Source of the DNA: Centroscyllium fabricii
Lineage: Eukaryota
Assembly (NCBI GenBank): GCA_051313645.2
Contig: JBNRSN020000022.1
Coordinates: 57,970,001-58,034,000 of the forward strand
DNA length: 64,000 bases
Reading direction: 5' to 3'
In this document: positions 23,439-35,859 of the stretch, one piece after another
Layout: each line of letters begins with the position of its first letter
Position numbering within the stretch: position 1 is the stretch's first letter
Translations under genes and position numbers: made by a program
The notes under the pieces: model-generated
Database searches by the model: none
Seen by the model: only the letters and a program-made list of their open reading frames with translations
What the model was told of the DNA's origin: nothing

Positions 23439-24377
23439 CAGGTTGAGCACCGTTAATCCGGCACGGGCGGGACCAGGCCCGTGCCGGGAAATGGAAAAAA
23501 CTGGGAGAACGAGTTTGGACACTGCGCATGTGCACCAGTCAAAATGGCAGCGCGCATGCGCGCAACATTGGTATTGGCTGTCGCGCGCATGCGCAGATCG
23601 TCCAATATTGGCCGCCGCGAAGTTTTTTGATGGGCTCAGGCTTTTGTGGCTGTCGGGCAGCAGTGAAAGGCCGGTCTTGCGGGGGGAGGCAGGAGGGTGG
23701 CGCGGGTCGGGGGGCGGGGAAGGTGGCGCGGCGCGGGTCCGGGGGTCGGGGGGGGGAAGGAGGAAGGCGCGGGTCCGGGGGGGGGAAAGGATTGTGGCGC
23801 GGGTCCGGGGGGGGGGGGGGGGTGGAAAGGAGGGTGGCGCGGGTCCGGGGGGGGGTGGTGGAAAGGAGGGTGGCGCGGGGGCAATTTATCCAATCCCGTT
23901 TTGCTTTCAATTGTAAGAGGTCACACGGCGCCAGGCTGTGGTCCAACGGTTTTAGTTGGGGTCACGGGCTTTCGGAGCGCCGCTTCCCCGTCAGGTGATG
24001 GGGGAGCGGCGCTCCGAAGGCTCGTGATTTCGAGTGGGACTTTTGGACTACAGCCTGGTGCTGTGTGGCTTCTTACAATTGTCCATCCCAGTCCAACACC
24101 AGCACCTCCACATCATGGCTTCAATTACAGTTATCGATAAAATAACCTTGAATTATCTGCGCATGCGCTAACCTTCCGGCGACGCATGCGCAGATCATTC
24201 AAAACACCCGCAGCTGTTTTGAATGATCTGCGCATGCGCTCGGCGCATGCGCAGATCATTCGTTGAAGCCACGATGGCGGCTGCCATTTTGCGCATGCGC
24301 AGTGCAGTCGGGGCAATTTGTGCCGGCAGACTGAAGCTGCCGGCTATTCGGTTACCGGATCAACGGTGCTCAACCTG
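23439..24377. mobile_element. TA-flanked MITE (same TIR family as 17193) carrying G-rich repeats and a Penelope-like hairpin
   Basis: TA|CAGGTTGAGCACCGTTAATCCGG ... CCGGATCAACGGTGCTCAACCTG|TA. Confidence 0.85.
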
Positions 24378-25287
24378 TACTGTATATCCTTATCTGGTAG
24401 AGTGTCCATTTTTGTCTACTTATGCTTCACAGAAGTTCCTTGGGACATTTTTTCTGCATTAAAGGTGCTATCTGAATGCAAATTACTTTTTTTTGTTGGA
24501 GCTAATAAGAATAAAACCTAGGAATGGGTAAGAAATTAGCTGAAATCTAAGAAGTAGCAGCTACCTTTTTTTAAAGGTGTTGGGTCAGGGTGTGGGAAAT
24601 GTTGAGTTGGATGTAGAGCATCAGCCTATCACTGATTGCACCTTCCATTCCTCCTCTCTGCTTTACATTTGCAAGTCTCCTTGTTCATTTATCACCCCAC
24701 TTCTGAGTGTCCCTCTCCAGCACATGAAATAATAGCATATTGCCATTGTCCAGAACTCCAAGCACTCATTCTGTGTGAGATAGCAATGTACATGTAATTT
24801 TGCATTGCTGCTGATAATGCTGTGGTATTGTATAAAGCATTTTTTGGAAACTTTCTCATGGAACCTTAAATGGGTAGTGTGGAGTCCGTGATAGGATAAA
24901 TTATGCATGTTTTATGGAAGAGTGGTTTTGACAGGCATTTGAGCTGTTCTCGGATGTTGCGCCTCCTTGTGTTCTTTCTGAAATGGTTGAATTAAATGGA
25001 AGTAAAATCCATATTCATTACAATTCCATTTATGGTTCTATGGACTGATTATTCTTTGAATGTTGACTATTGGATCATTGAAAATCAAAGATCTGTATTA
25101 TTAAAACTTCAGATTTGCTGAACGAGCTTTGTTCTCGGTCTCGCCAAGGACTACATTAAACCACTTTCATGTTCTCCATCGGGGATTTAAAAAAAAAACT
25201 GAAGTAGGTTTCCATTGCAGAATTCAAATGCTTTGTTTAATGTCTTCTTAACCAATATTGGTATCTTGTATTGATTTTATTTTCTAG

Positions 25288-25370
25288 TACTCGCTCAGCA
25301 CTAAGCGTGCAAGTCCTGACGATGGAAATGACATTTCACCTTACTCCTTATCTCCTGTTAGCAATAAAAG
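25288..25370 (+). CDS. fzr1: FZR1 in-window exon 4
   Basis: ag|YSLSTKRASPDDGNDISPYSLSPVSNK+AG|gt, 83 nt. Confidence 0.97.
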
Positions 25371-25427
25371 GTAACCTTCTAGCTCACTGTGCCATTTTAT
25401 AATGGGAATTCTAATTGTTCAGTAATA

Positions 25428-26050
25428 CAGGTTGTGCACCGTTAATCCGGCAGCCGATAATTCGTCACCTTCAGTGGTCCGGCACGAATCCCGCTGGCCA
25501 GCCCACGTGATCCCAGGGACGCTCGCGATGCGCGGGCCTCTCCCCGACTGGTCTGTACATGCGCGGCGCCCATTTTGAATGGTCTGTGCCTGCGTGGCGC
25601 CCATTGTGAATGGTCTGTGCCTGCGCGGCGCCCATTGTGAATGGTCTGTGCCTGCGCGGCGCCCATTTTGAATAGTCTGTGCCTGCGCGGCGCCCATTTT
25701 GAATGGTCTGTGCCTGCGCGGCGCCCATTTTGAATGGTCTGTGCCTGCGCGGCGCCCATTTTGAATGGTCTGTGCCTGCGCGGCGCCCATTTTGAATGGT
25801 CTGTGCATACACGGCGGCCATTGTGAATGGTCTGTGCATGCGCGGCGGCCATTGTGAATGGTCTGTGCATGCGCGGCGACCATTTTGAATGGTCTGCATG
25901 CGCGGCGACCATTTTGAATGGTCTGTGCATACGCGGTGGCCATTTTGAATGGGCTGCGCATGCGCTCCCCGAACCTTCAGTGGTTCGGATTTTTCAGTGG
26001 TCCGGCACCGGCTTGGTCCCGAGGGTGCCGGATTAACGGTGCACAACCTG
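25428..26050. mobile_element. TA-flanked MITE (same TIR family) with a different internal 31-bp tandem array
   Basis: TA|CAGGTTGTGCACCGTTAATCCGG ... CCGGATTAACGGTGCACAACCTG|TA. Unit GAATGGTCTGTGCCTGCGCGGCGCCCATTTT, about 12-13 copies. Confidence 0.85.
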
Positions 26051-27192
26051 TACTACATTTCAAATAGCCTGTATATTGAAATTATTTATCTCTAAACAAT
26101 TTTAAATTTCGTTACTGAAAGTTCACACACAATTTCTTCATTTTCTGTTTTTTTTATTGCAACCTTTGTGGAAATGAGTAGATATCAGTAGCTTGATATA
26201 TATCGGAATTAAGATGCTAGAGACTCGAGCTTCAGTAGCCAAATGGCTTTTTCTTGTTGTGGGCACTTTTCATTTTTAATATATTTTGGAATTACTAAAC
26301 TCATTGTTCAACTAATATCTAAATATGCAAATTAGTACATTAAACAGCAGAATTGTGTACTGAACCTGAACTGTACGTATGTTTGGACTAGTTTTCTTTA
26401 CCATTCTCTTTTGTTGGCTCGCCTTCAATCTGGAGCATGAAATGCTGCTTTAGATGACTTCAGCAAATTAAAGAAATCAATAGCGAATGTCTGGCTGAAC
26501 AGTTTTGCGATCCATCTTAAATGGATCTTTGAAATCTACCTAATCCAACTTGGCCCCAGGAATTGTCACCAGATATCTAGATCCTGAACCAGCCTGTTCT
26601 TTCCATCATGATGGAGGCCTGAGGAAAACCTTGTAGACAAATATGATGCTGAGAATAGAAAATTGAACCTGAGGCAATGGTCCAGAATATCCTAGAGATT
26701 TCCTTTCTTGTTGGAATGGTGCATCTGCAGCATCAGGTTCCTTTTCCAACGTAAAGGTCCTGAAAATTATGGCATAAAGGAGTTCTGCCATTATTCGCAC
26801 CATGCCATAATTTTCTGAGACTTTTGTGCTGCTCTGCTGATACCCTAGTTGAAACCATGCAAAATTGATTATTGTAGCTTTGCTCTCCAGTCCAGGCAAT
26901 AGTGATCGCGAATTTCCTGGATTTACACCACTGGCCACAACCACTTAGACTGAAAATTAATGGCATAGGTGAATGGATTTAAATTCATGAGTTCAAAATA
27001 ATTGATTAAGTTTAAAATTTCTGCTCTTTCTTGATATTTACTCTGGTTCAAGTTGGGCTGGGTATGATACTGGCACGGGGCCTTAGGTAGGTCCTGGGAG
27101 AAGGGGTGGGGAGACAAACTGGAGGGGGGCGAGTGCAGGCTGTTATCTGTCCGGATGTAGTGCGGTAGAGCTCCACATTAAGGTAAGTTTAA

Positions 27193-27561
27193 AAACATAG
27201 AAGATAGGAGCAGTAGTGGGCCATTCAGCCCCTTGAGCCTGCTCTGCCATTCAATGCGATCATGGCTGATCATTCAATTTCAGTACCCTGTTCCTGCCTT
27301 CTCCCCATATCCCTTGATCCCTTTAGCCATAAGAAATATATCCAACTCCTTCTTTAATGAATTGGCCTCCGCTGCCTTCTGTGGTAGAGAATTCCACAGG
27401 TCCACCACTCTCTGGGTGAAGAAATTCCTCCTCATCTCAGTCCTAAATGGCTTACCCCTTATCCTTAGACTGTGACCCCTGGTTCTGGGCTAACTGGCCA
27501 TTGGGAACATCCTTCCTGCATCTAGTCTGTCCAGTCCTGTTAGAATTTTCTAAGATTCTAT
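27193..27561 (-). mobile_element. CR1 LINE 3' fragment
   Basis: Reverse complement of the sequence type at 13940-14284. Confidence 0.8.
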
Positions 27562-28449
27562 GGGTGAAAAATTGGCGCCTTAGCGCCGGCCCATTAGCGC
27601 CGAAAATCGGCGCTAATGGGGCAGCGTCGACGTAACGGCCAAATTAGCGCTGGGCGCTAAATTGGCCTAGTGGTTAGCGGCAGCGTTAAACGTTAGTGCA
27701 GCGCCGTCTGGCTATCAACAATCGTCATGGCAATGCGTGTGCAACGCCCGCCGGTGGGTTATGCCCGATATTGGGCTTAGCGCGGGGGGTGGTGGAAAGG
27801 CGCTATCAACGCCAGCTTTTGCAAGCGCTGCAGCGGGTTTGAGTGGCCGCTGCAGCGCTGCTAAAAGGGCCACCCTCCCTCTTCGGTCCGAGCACGGCCA
27901 GCTGATGGGGGGAGTCGGCCTGAGGGGCCAATTGATGAGAGAGCGGGGACGGGGCCAGGCTCTCTGATCAGTTCCCGATCGGTGGGTCGCCGCGACCCAC
28001 CGATCGAGAACTGATCAGAGAGCTGGCCCCCGAATCTGCGGTCTTCTGTCAGGAATCACGCTGTGTTCCGTGTTCATTCTTCCAGAATTTATCTTCAGCA
28101 AGTCAGAGCCCCCTCAGCTTTCCAGTGCAACACCCCCCGATCGGGGGGGTCGGGCGATCCCCCAGTGGCAACTGATCAGAGAGCACGGAGAACAGCTGCT
28201 GCTCTGCTTCCCCTTTAAGGCCTCATCGGCTGCAGAGGCTATGGGGAAACAAGCAGTTAGTGAGGGAGCGCTGCACCCGGCAACGGCCATTAGCGGCAGC
28301 ATATTGGCCGCCTGGAAGACGTGCAAGGCGTGAATTCGCGCCAAAATCATCAAGGCCACTGCTAGCGCCAATATCGGCTGCACCGGCGCTAAATTTTAGC
28401 ACATCGCCAAATTTAGCACCCAATCCGTGCGCTGACGAATTTTTCGCCC
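27562..28449. mobile_element. Harbinger-type MITE rich in TAGCGC/GCGCTA motifs
   Basis: TIRs GGGTGAAAAATT / AATTTTTCGCCC, flanks TAT/AAT (one mismatch), and internal palindromes. Confidence 0.7.
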
Positions 28450-28537
28450 AATGAGTTTAAAAAGGAAAAACTTGGTGGTCTCCAATGATCCCCTTTAAGG
28501 ACCGCTTATTAGGCCGCAGAAGGACCCGAAAAACTGT

Positions 28538-29668
28538 GGCGTCAATTTTCATTGAGCCGTGAGGCGGGCTCCGCCGCAAAATTGCAAAACCGTGGAGTCC
28601 CAACCCCCCCCCCCCCCCGGCTGGATCCCCGCCGCTTCGCGATTTCCCGCCGCCGTGCCTACCCGCCCTGAATCTTTCCCGCCGGTGGGGATGGTCGTTA
28701 GGCTCATTAGGGACCCATAATTGGCATGTATAATGCCATTTTAAGGGCCCCCCGCGATTTCAGCGCTTCCCCACGCAAAACCCACCAGGTGGAAACCCCG
28801 CCGTCTGGAAGTAAAGGGAATTGGGGGTTATGGTGAGCGGGCAGGTAAGTGGACGTGAGGCTAGGTTCAGATCAGCCATGTAATCTCCTGGACCAGTTTT
28901 CGATCGCCTAGATGGGTCGGAGAGGAACTTCCTTGATTTTTTCACCCAAATTGGCCACTGGGTTTTTTATCTGGTTTTTCGCCCCTCCTGGGTGATCACA
29001 TGGGTTTGGGCGGGATGGAGAGTAAAAATAAAATTGAGGTTAGGATCAGATCAGCCATGATCTTGTTGAATGGCGGAGCAGGCTCGAGGGGCCGATTGGC
29101 CTACTCCTGCTCCTATTTCTTATGTTCTTGTGAAACCTGGCGGGGACACTCGTGACTTCCTGAATATCATTGAAGCAGCTGCAGTAGAAGCAGTCCCTGG
29201 ACTCCAGCGTGCATCGACACTAACTATCCCTAGGGTGCAAAAGATCAGTGGGAGAAAAGCTGTCACAAACTCACCTTGTGGCTGTTTTGACAGATAGCAC
29301 CTAAGTTCTCAATGAAATGGCTGTGCTTGAGCAGGCAGTCAGTGAAACAGACAGCAGCTGTCACTCAATCTCTGTGGTTTAGAGTACCCGTTGTGATGTC
29401 ATCCACCTCTTTGATAATCCATTGAAACAGACAGCAGCTGTCACTCAATCTCTGCAGTTTCAGTCGGCTAACTCTGCTGCTTAAACAGCTGAAACCTGCC
29501 AGCTTTCTGTCTGGAAACCGCGCTGAGGCAACGATTCCCACACGCAGGGAATTAATTGGCCAATTGAGCCAAAATTACGTGGGCCTCCCAGGCCCTTCAA
29601 CATTCGGGTCAGAAACGTGACCCACCCGAAACCCGCCAGTTCCCCGCACCTGTGGGAAAATTTACCCC
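28538..29668 (-). mobile_element. Harbinger-type MITE with nested CR1 3' ends (about 28812-29130)
   Basis: TIRs GGCGTCAATTTTC / GAAAATTTACCCC and TSD TGT. The right end is the reverse complement of the left ends at 45222 and 59947. Confidence 0.75.
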
Positions 29669-29734
29669 TGTGTGGAGCATGCCCAGCACATGCTCTGTTC
29701 AGTTTCTGACTAATTTCAATTAGGGGTCCTTAGG

Positions 29735-30372
29735 GCTGAGGTGGAAAGGGTGTCCAGCTTCAAGTTCCTCGGGGTCCACATCTCGGAAGACCTCTCCTGG
29801 TCACTAAACACCTCCTCTCTGATAATGAAGACCCAACAGCGCCTGTATTTCCTAAGGAAGCTGAAAAAAGCCAAGCTGACATCCGGCATCCTCACCAACT
29901 TCTACCACTGCACAATCGAAAGCATACTGACAAGCTGCATCACAGTCTGGTATGGAAACTGCACCATCCCTGCAGCAGGTAGTCAAAACTGCCCAACGAA
30001 TCACCGGCACCCAGCTACCATCAATTGAATGCATCTACCTCAAACGTTGCCTACGGAGGTCTCTGAACATTATTAAAGACCCCACACACCCCAGCCATAG
30101 TCTGTTCGCCCCCCTGCCCTCCGGGAGACGCTACAGATCAATTTGCACCCGCACGACTAGATTCAAGAACAGCTTCTTCCCCAGGGCTGTCAACCTCCTG
30201 AACTCTAACAAAAAACTCCAGTATCTGCACACCTGAAATGTTCTTTACTGTATGCAATTGTATGTAACTTATTTGCACTACTCTCGGGAGCGGCGAGTCT
30301 TCATTTCATTGTATTGTACTAGTACTCTGCAATGACAATAAAATTTGAATTGAATTCAATTGAATTGAATTA
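29735..30372 (+). mobile_element. Rex1/Babar non-LTR retrotransposon 3' fragment
   Basis: VERVSSFKFLGVHISEDLSW, QQRLYFLRKL and DPTHPSHSLFAPLPSGRRYRS; AATAAA followed by a (TTGAA)n tail. Confidence 0.85.
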
Positions 30373-30862
30373 AACCAGCATTTGCTTCCTCTACCATATG
30401 CAAGGTGTCTGACAAATGTGTAAGGTGGTTGCTAGGCACGCCTGAATATTGCCCAAGTCACTTTGTATTTCAGGCGTCCTTCTTGCACGGGACATGGCCC
30501 CATGAAATTGGTCCTTTTACCTCTGGTTTGCACCTGGGAAATGGACAAAAGTAGGCCTAATTTCACACCCACCTGCTTTTCTTTAATCTGAGACTTTTAG
30601 GTGGTTTAAATAACTAATATTCTAAATATCACTAAAAATATATATTTTTCTGAACAAAAATTAATTTCAATGTTTTTCAATACCCATTTATGAACGGTCA
30701 CAAGAAAATTATACCAACAATAAAGTGTGGCCTTTTCCTAAAATGAGCAGAATGCAACCAGTGGTAGCACAGGCCATGGACACTAACCATTATCAGACGT
30801 AAAGAAGTTATATGCTGCTATTCTGTTCGGCATTTAATTTTGTATATTTCTTTCTTGAACAG

Positions 30863-31046
30863 CCAAAAATTGTTGCGGTCACCAAGAAAGCCTACTCGAA
30901 AAATCTCGAAGATTCCATTTAAAGTTCTTGATGCACCAGAACTTCAGGATGACTTTTATTTAAACCTAGTGGACTGGTCTTCCCTAAATGTGTTAAGTGT
31001 TGGACTTGGCACTTGTGTGTACCTTTGGAGTGCTTGCACTAGCCAG
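30863..31046 (+). CDS. fzr1: FZR1 in-window exon 5 (KLLR motif, first WD40 strands)
   Basis: ag|(S)QKLLRSPRKPTRKISKIPFKVLDAPELQDDFYLNLVDWSSLNVLSVGLGTCVYLWSACTSQ|gt, 184 nt. Confidence 0.98.
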
Positions 31047-33194
31047 GTGAATTTTTATATTCCTGTTTTCTTTTCTCTCCCTGTCTTGCTGTCTCTTTCC
31101 TCCGCCGCCGCCCCCTCCAAACAGGATGAGCATTTTAGGCATTGCCTGGTTTGGCTTAGATGCATATTTATCAGTAACTGATGTCAGTTACAGAGAGACT
31201 ACATCACTTTGAAATAAGTTAAACTTTTTGAGTTTAGATCATGCTAAACAGGGATTACTACAATCGGACATTCTGTATTCAGCATTCTTCACAAGCTCAT
31301 GAAGTTGAACCTGATCCTGATCAATATTCTAGAGAAATCATGTGATGGATGATGCCTGCTAGTGATGTTTTTTGTCATTGGTGAGCCCTGGTAACCATGA
31401 CCATGAGGTTCTCATGCTGCATACGAGTCTTTCGCATGCATTAGAGTGGCAGTTTATCTTTCCCTAGGAAAGGAACAACAATTTCTGCTCAGTGTTGGCT
31501 ATTTATGGTAAACTGTCTTGGTAGCTTGATCTACACAGTATTTTCTTAGATTCTTTTTGAAGCTTTTCATTAACTTTGCTACAACAATTACAATATTAAT
31601 GTTTCAAACTTTAAGAAGAAAAACATTAGTCAAGTGGCACTGTTGTGAAGTTTTTTTGTGTATATTCATGAATTGGGCTGTTCCCTCAACCGTGCTACTG
31701 ATGGTGGCCATTGCTCAGGCCCTAGCAGAGTGTGCAACACTGGTCAATGCAAGAGGTCAAAGTCTGAGATTGGAGTGTGTCTATACAGGGCTGGATGGAT
31801 AGTCACAGCTGTGCTGGATCAAAAGCGACAGCTTTCTAGTAGTAGCGGCACATCAAAGAGCCTCTGAAGCACACAGAAACTGGACATATGTGGTTGGGAT
31901 TGAGAATCTGGGAGCCGAGACCTAGACTGCAAGGAAGTAGGGAGCTGGGACCCAAGGCCAGAAGGTCTACAGCCAGAAGGGTAAAGCTGGGGGGACCCTG
32001 CTGCCAGTAGAAGCCGAGAGCTGGATCTTGGCGGGAGAGGTTCCTAAGCTGGGAGGGAGTGGCAAGGCACAGGAGTAGGTGCTGAGGCTGATGAAGTGAA
32101 AACAGGATAAGAAAGCTTGTCCTTGAGCCAGGAGAGAACGGGGTCTTGGGATTAATCCAGATATTGGGAATGTGTCCAAGGATTAGGAAAGGGGGAGTCC
32201 AAAGCCAAGGAGTCATAGAGTTTCCAGCACAGAAAGAGGCCCTTCGGCCCATCGCGTCCGCGCCGGCCATCAAGCCCAGTCTATTCTAATCAAATTTTCC
32301 AGCATTTGGTCCGTAGCCTTGTATGCTATGGCATTTCTGAAGTTGAGTAAGAACTTCATGAAAACCTTTTATAAAAAATAAAAAAATTAAAGTGGCTTTT
32401 TTTTTTAGCTGTTTTTCAAGTAGTTTGTTCATGTGGTGAATCCTGTAATATTTTAGCAACAAAATAATTTTTTCAAAGAACACGATGAAAGCATCTTTAA
32501 TTCAATGCACTTTGTGTATAGAAGCATGGAATGATGATTTGCTAATTGCCTGCTCCATTATATATACTACTTTACAACATATTGCAGGAGATCCCAGCTT
32601 TTTGTGGACCACTTCGGTGTGCACCGTGGAGTTGCAGGATCTAAATGCAAAGCTTAAACCCATGTTCCTGTTAATCTCAAGCTGCAGATCTGGGTGTGCT
32701 AATTTAGGATTTATTCACCAGAGGGCGCTGTGCGAAGAACAGCCTTTTCCAAACCTAAACCCCACGAAAGCAGTGAATGAAGTTTAGCAAAATATAACTG
32801 AATTGCCTAGTTTCTGTACTATTGGATTCGTCTTTAGTGAAATGTGGAGAATACTGAATGAAGGCAGTAAAATGATCTTGTCGGGCTATATTCATTGTTT
32901 CTTCACCCACCGTGTTTGTATGTGCAAATTTATTTCATTTCATAGCTTAGGCAGCACATCAAAACCAACTGCGACTTTAACACGTGGAGGGTGTTTACAC
33001 CGTGTGAAAGTAGACTTGCCATGTGATTCAGCATCACCTGACATCAAAGCATACCAGTGTCAAAAATGTCTCTTGGGTGGGGTTTTGCCCATCACATGGC
33101 TTCTCTAGAACATTGATCAGTACTCTGGTGCATGGAGGATTCTTCATATTCGTAAATGAAGAAAGTCCCACTATCTATATAACAAAAAAGCAGT

Positions 33195-33560
33195 TAAGTA
33201 CCCATCACCCCTGTGCTCTACATTGTCTCGCAGTCCACCAATGCTTCAATTTTAAAATTCTTATCCTTGTGTTCAAATCCCTCCATGGCCTCGCCCCTCC
33301 CTATCTCCTCAAGCTCTACAACCCTTCGAGAACTCTGTGTTCCTCCGGTTCTGGTCTCTTGTGCATCCCTCACTTCCTTTGCCCCACCATTGGCAGCCAC
33401 GCCATCAGCTGTCTCGGTCCTAAGCTCTGCAATTCCTTCCCCAAACCTCGCTGCCTCTCCAACGCTCTCCCCTCTTTCAAGATGCTGCTTAAAACCTACC
33501 TCTTTGACCAAGCATTTGGTCACCTGTCTTAATGTCTACTCCTTTTGGCTTGGCTTGGTG
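33195..33560 (+). mobile_element. L2 LINE 3' fragment
   Basis: FKILILVFKSLHGLAPPYL ... FKMLLKTYLFDQAF, a typical L2 ORF2 C-terminus. Confidence 0.8.
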
Positions 33561-35094
33561 TCCGGATTAACGGTGCTCAACCTGTAATCTGTTCCTGTTT
33601 AAGGATATTCAGCTTTCTTTATACTATTGAACCGTCAGCTCATTGAGATTGTTTTTCAGTCAGTGTATACTTTAAATATCCAGAGAGTGAACCAATGAAT
33701 ATATCCTTGTTTTTCATCATTCACAGCCATGCATTTTAAAATAGGGTTTGAGTAACCAAAAGTAGGTATATAATGAATATTTCCAATTATGTAGAACAGT
33801 GGGTAATCTTGAGATCCTAAAGCTGTTTAGTTGATTTTTATAAATGTCTTCTGAACCTCAAAGTTGTTGGTCTTTTTACATAACCAAATGTGCTCCATTG
33901 GCTTCTACGAACAGAGTTAATGTTCCAAAATCAAGACTGTTGTATGTCTAGTTGATTTGCAGCCACACAAATTGGCAGCAGTCTGGTCTTTTTTTTAAAC
34001 TCCTGTTGGTAAACTTCACTGGAGTGCGTCTGGTTTTTCATAAATTCAAGGGAGCATCTTCTAGGCTCTCAAGCAATCTTTCAAAATACCAGTTTCTAAG
34101 AAAATGCATCTGTAACCATTGTATAAGTCAAAGGAACAGATATTCACCCTCCGAGCTACTTGCTTTGTTTGCTAATAGTTTTAACTGTCACAAAAAGATA
34201 TCTCAAAGATTGCTCACCTTTGTAACAGAATTGATTTGCTTACATGTCTGGATGATGTTGCCAAGGGACAGCATGTATTTGAGTAAGAGGAAGGGACCAA
34301 GGATAGACCACTGGGGGATTCCACGGATAACGATGCATAGGCAGGAAGAGAAACTATTGCTGAGGTGCTCTGGCTGCAATCAGAAAAGTAAGAGTGGAGC
34401 AAAGTAAGAGTTGGAACTAAGTGAGAGCAGTCCTAACCGAGGAGAGGCATTGGAAGAGGATGTTGTGGTATACTGTGTCAAAGGCTGCAGATTGATCAAA
34501 GAAGGATAATGCAGCACGGTCACTGTCTTGGAGGATGTCATTTATTTACAAATGGCTTAGTTAGTGCCATTTTGGTGCTGTATCTCTCTCCCTCACTCTC
34601 ATTCATTCAAAAATTTACATTTTTTAACTGTGAACCTAACAAGTGATAATTAGAGGCTGTTTTAATAGCACAACATGTTGATGATCAGGAGACAATTAGA
34701 GGCTGTTATTGAGCAATGAACACATTCCAATGAGGAACAATACTCTTGCTGAAGTTTATAGAACACAAAACAATAGCAACAACAGGTGTGCAATCAGTAG
34801 TCTGTTGTTTTCTCGCACAAACAAAAAGCCTTTTTTTTAAATAACTAAGCTTTTCATTTTAAAAGAACTACTCTATAAACTTCCTGAAATAAAGCTTTTG
34901 AAATGTGACCTCCAGCTTCATACAATTTTGAGAAACAAAAAATAACAGCTGAAATTTCTAGATGCTAAAGGAAAAATATTCCATCTGTACAGCTGACTGT
35001 ACTGCTGCATCCTGGGAAATTGTGTACACTGCACATGCTCAGAATGCACAATCTGGATTCAGCTCAAGGCTTTTGTGAGAAGCAGATCTTAACA

Positions 35095-35328
35095 CACAAG
35101 ATGGGAGCAGGAGTAGGCCATTCGGCCCTTCGAGCCTGCTCCGCCATTCAATGAGATCATGGCTGATCACCCAAACCCAGTACCCTGTCCCTGCCTTGTC
35201 CCCATATCCCTCGATCCCTATCGAGCCTGCACCGACACACATCCCACCCTATCCCCGTAACCCCACATATTCAATCCCCCTAACACAGGGTCAATTTATC
35301 CTGGCCAATCAACCTAACCCGCACATCT
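35095..35328 (-). mobile_element. HE1-like SINE, 5'-truncated
   Basis: Matches the 3' half of 288-680. Confidence 0.8.
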
Positions 35329-35617
35329 TCAAGTATAAAATTTAATGAAGGTATTACAAGAAACAAAGACAATTCTGTGCATTTATATAATATGCAATAT
35401 GTAATTTAAAATTTTTGTTTAACCTTTTAATTTGAGCATTAGAAAGTTCAGTACAGTAAAATGTCAACTTTAGAAGAAACATTTCTGGAGTAAATGGTTT
35501 ATTTTATCCATTTTTGTCTTTTGGCACAGCTTGAAGAAAATGTTGATGTCCTACCTGTGTACATTTTTTTTTCAATGCATGCCCTCTAAGTATTGACTCT
35601 CTTTTTCTGCATTTTAG

Positions 35618-35683
35618 GTGACCAGACTGTGTGACCTTTCTATAGATGGAGATTCTGTTACGTCGGTCGGCTGGTCAGAGAGA
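35618..35683 (+). CDS. fzr1: FZR1 in-window exon 6
   Basis: ag|VTRLCDLSIDGDSVTSVGWSER|gt, 66 nt. Confidence 0.97.
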
Positions 35684-35859
35684 GTAAATATCATTTTTTG
35701 ATGTAAAAATAGAGCTACGCATAAGCTTTATTTAAAGCGACCTCTTTCATCGAATTGCCATGTTTTTTTTACTAATCACTGTATTCATTTGTGAAAGTAT
35801 ACATTGCAGCAAGATAAATCTTTTTTGTTTCTTTTACTCGATGCATTTTAAAAGGTCTT

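Noticed and set aside
23965-24025. Active hammerhead ribozyme
   Set aside because: The core CUGANGA and/or GAAA is mutated on both strands; kept only as ancestry evidence.
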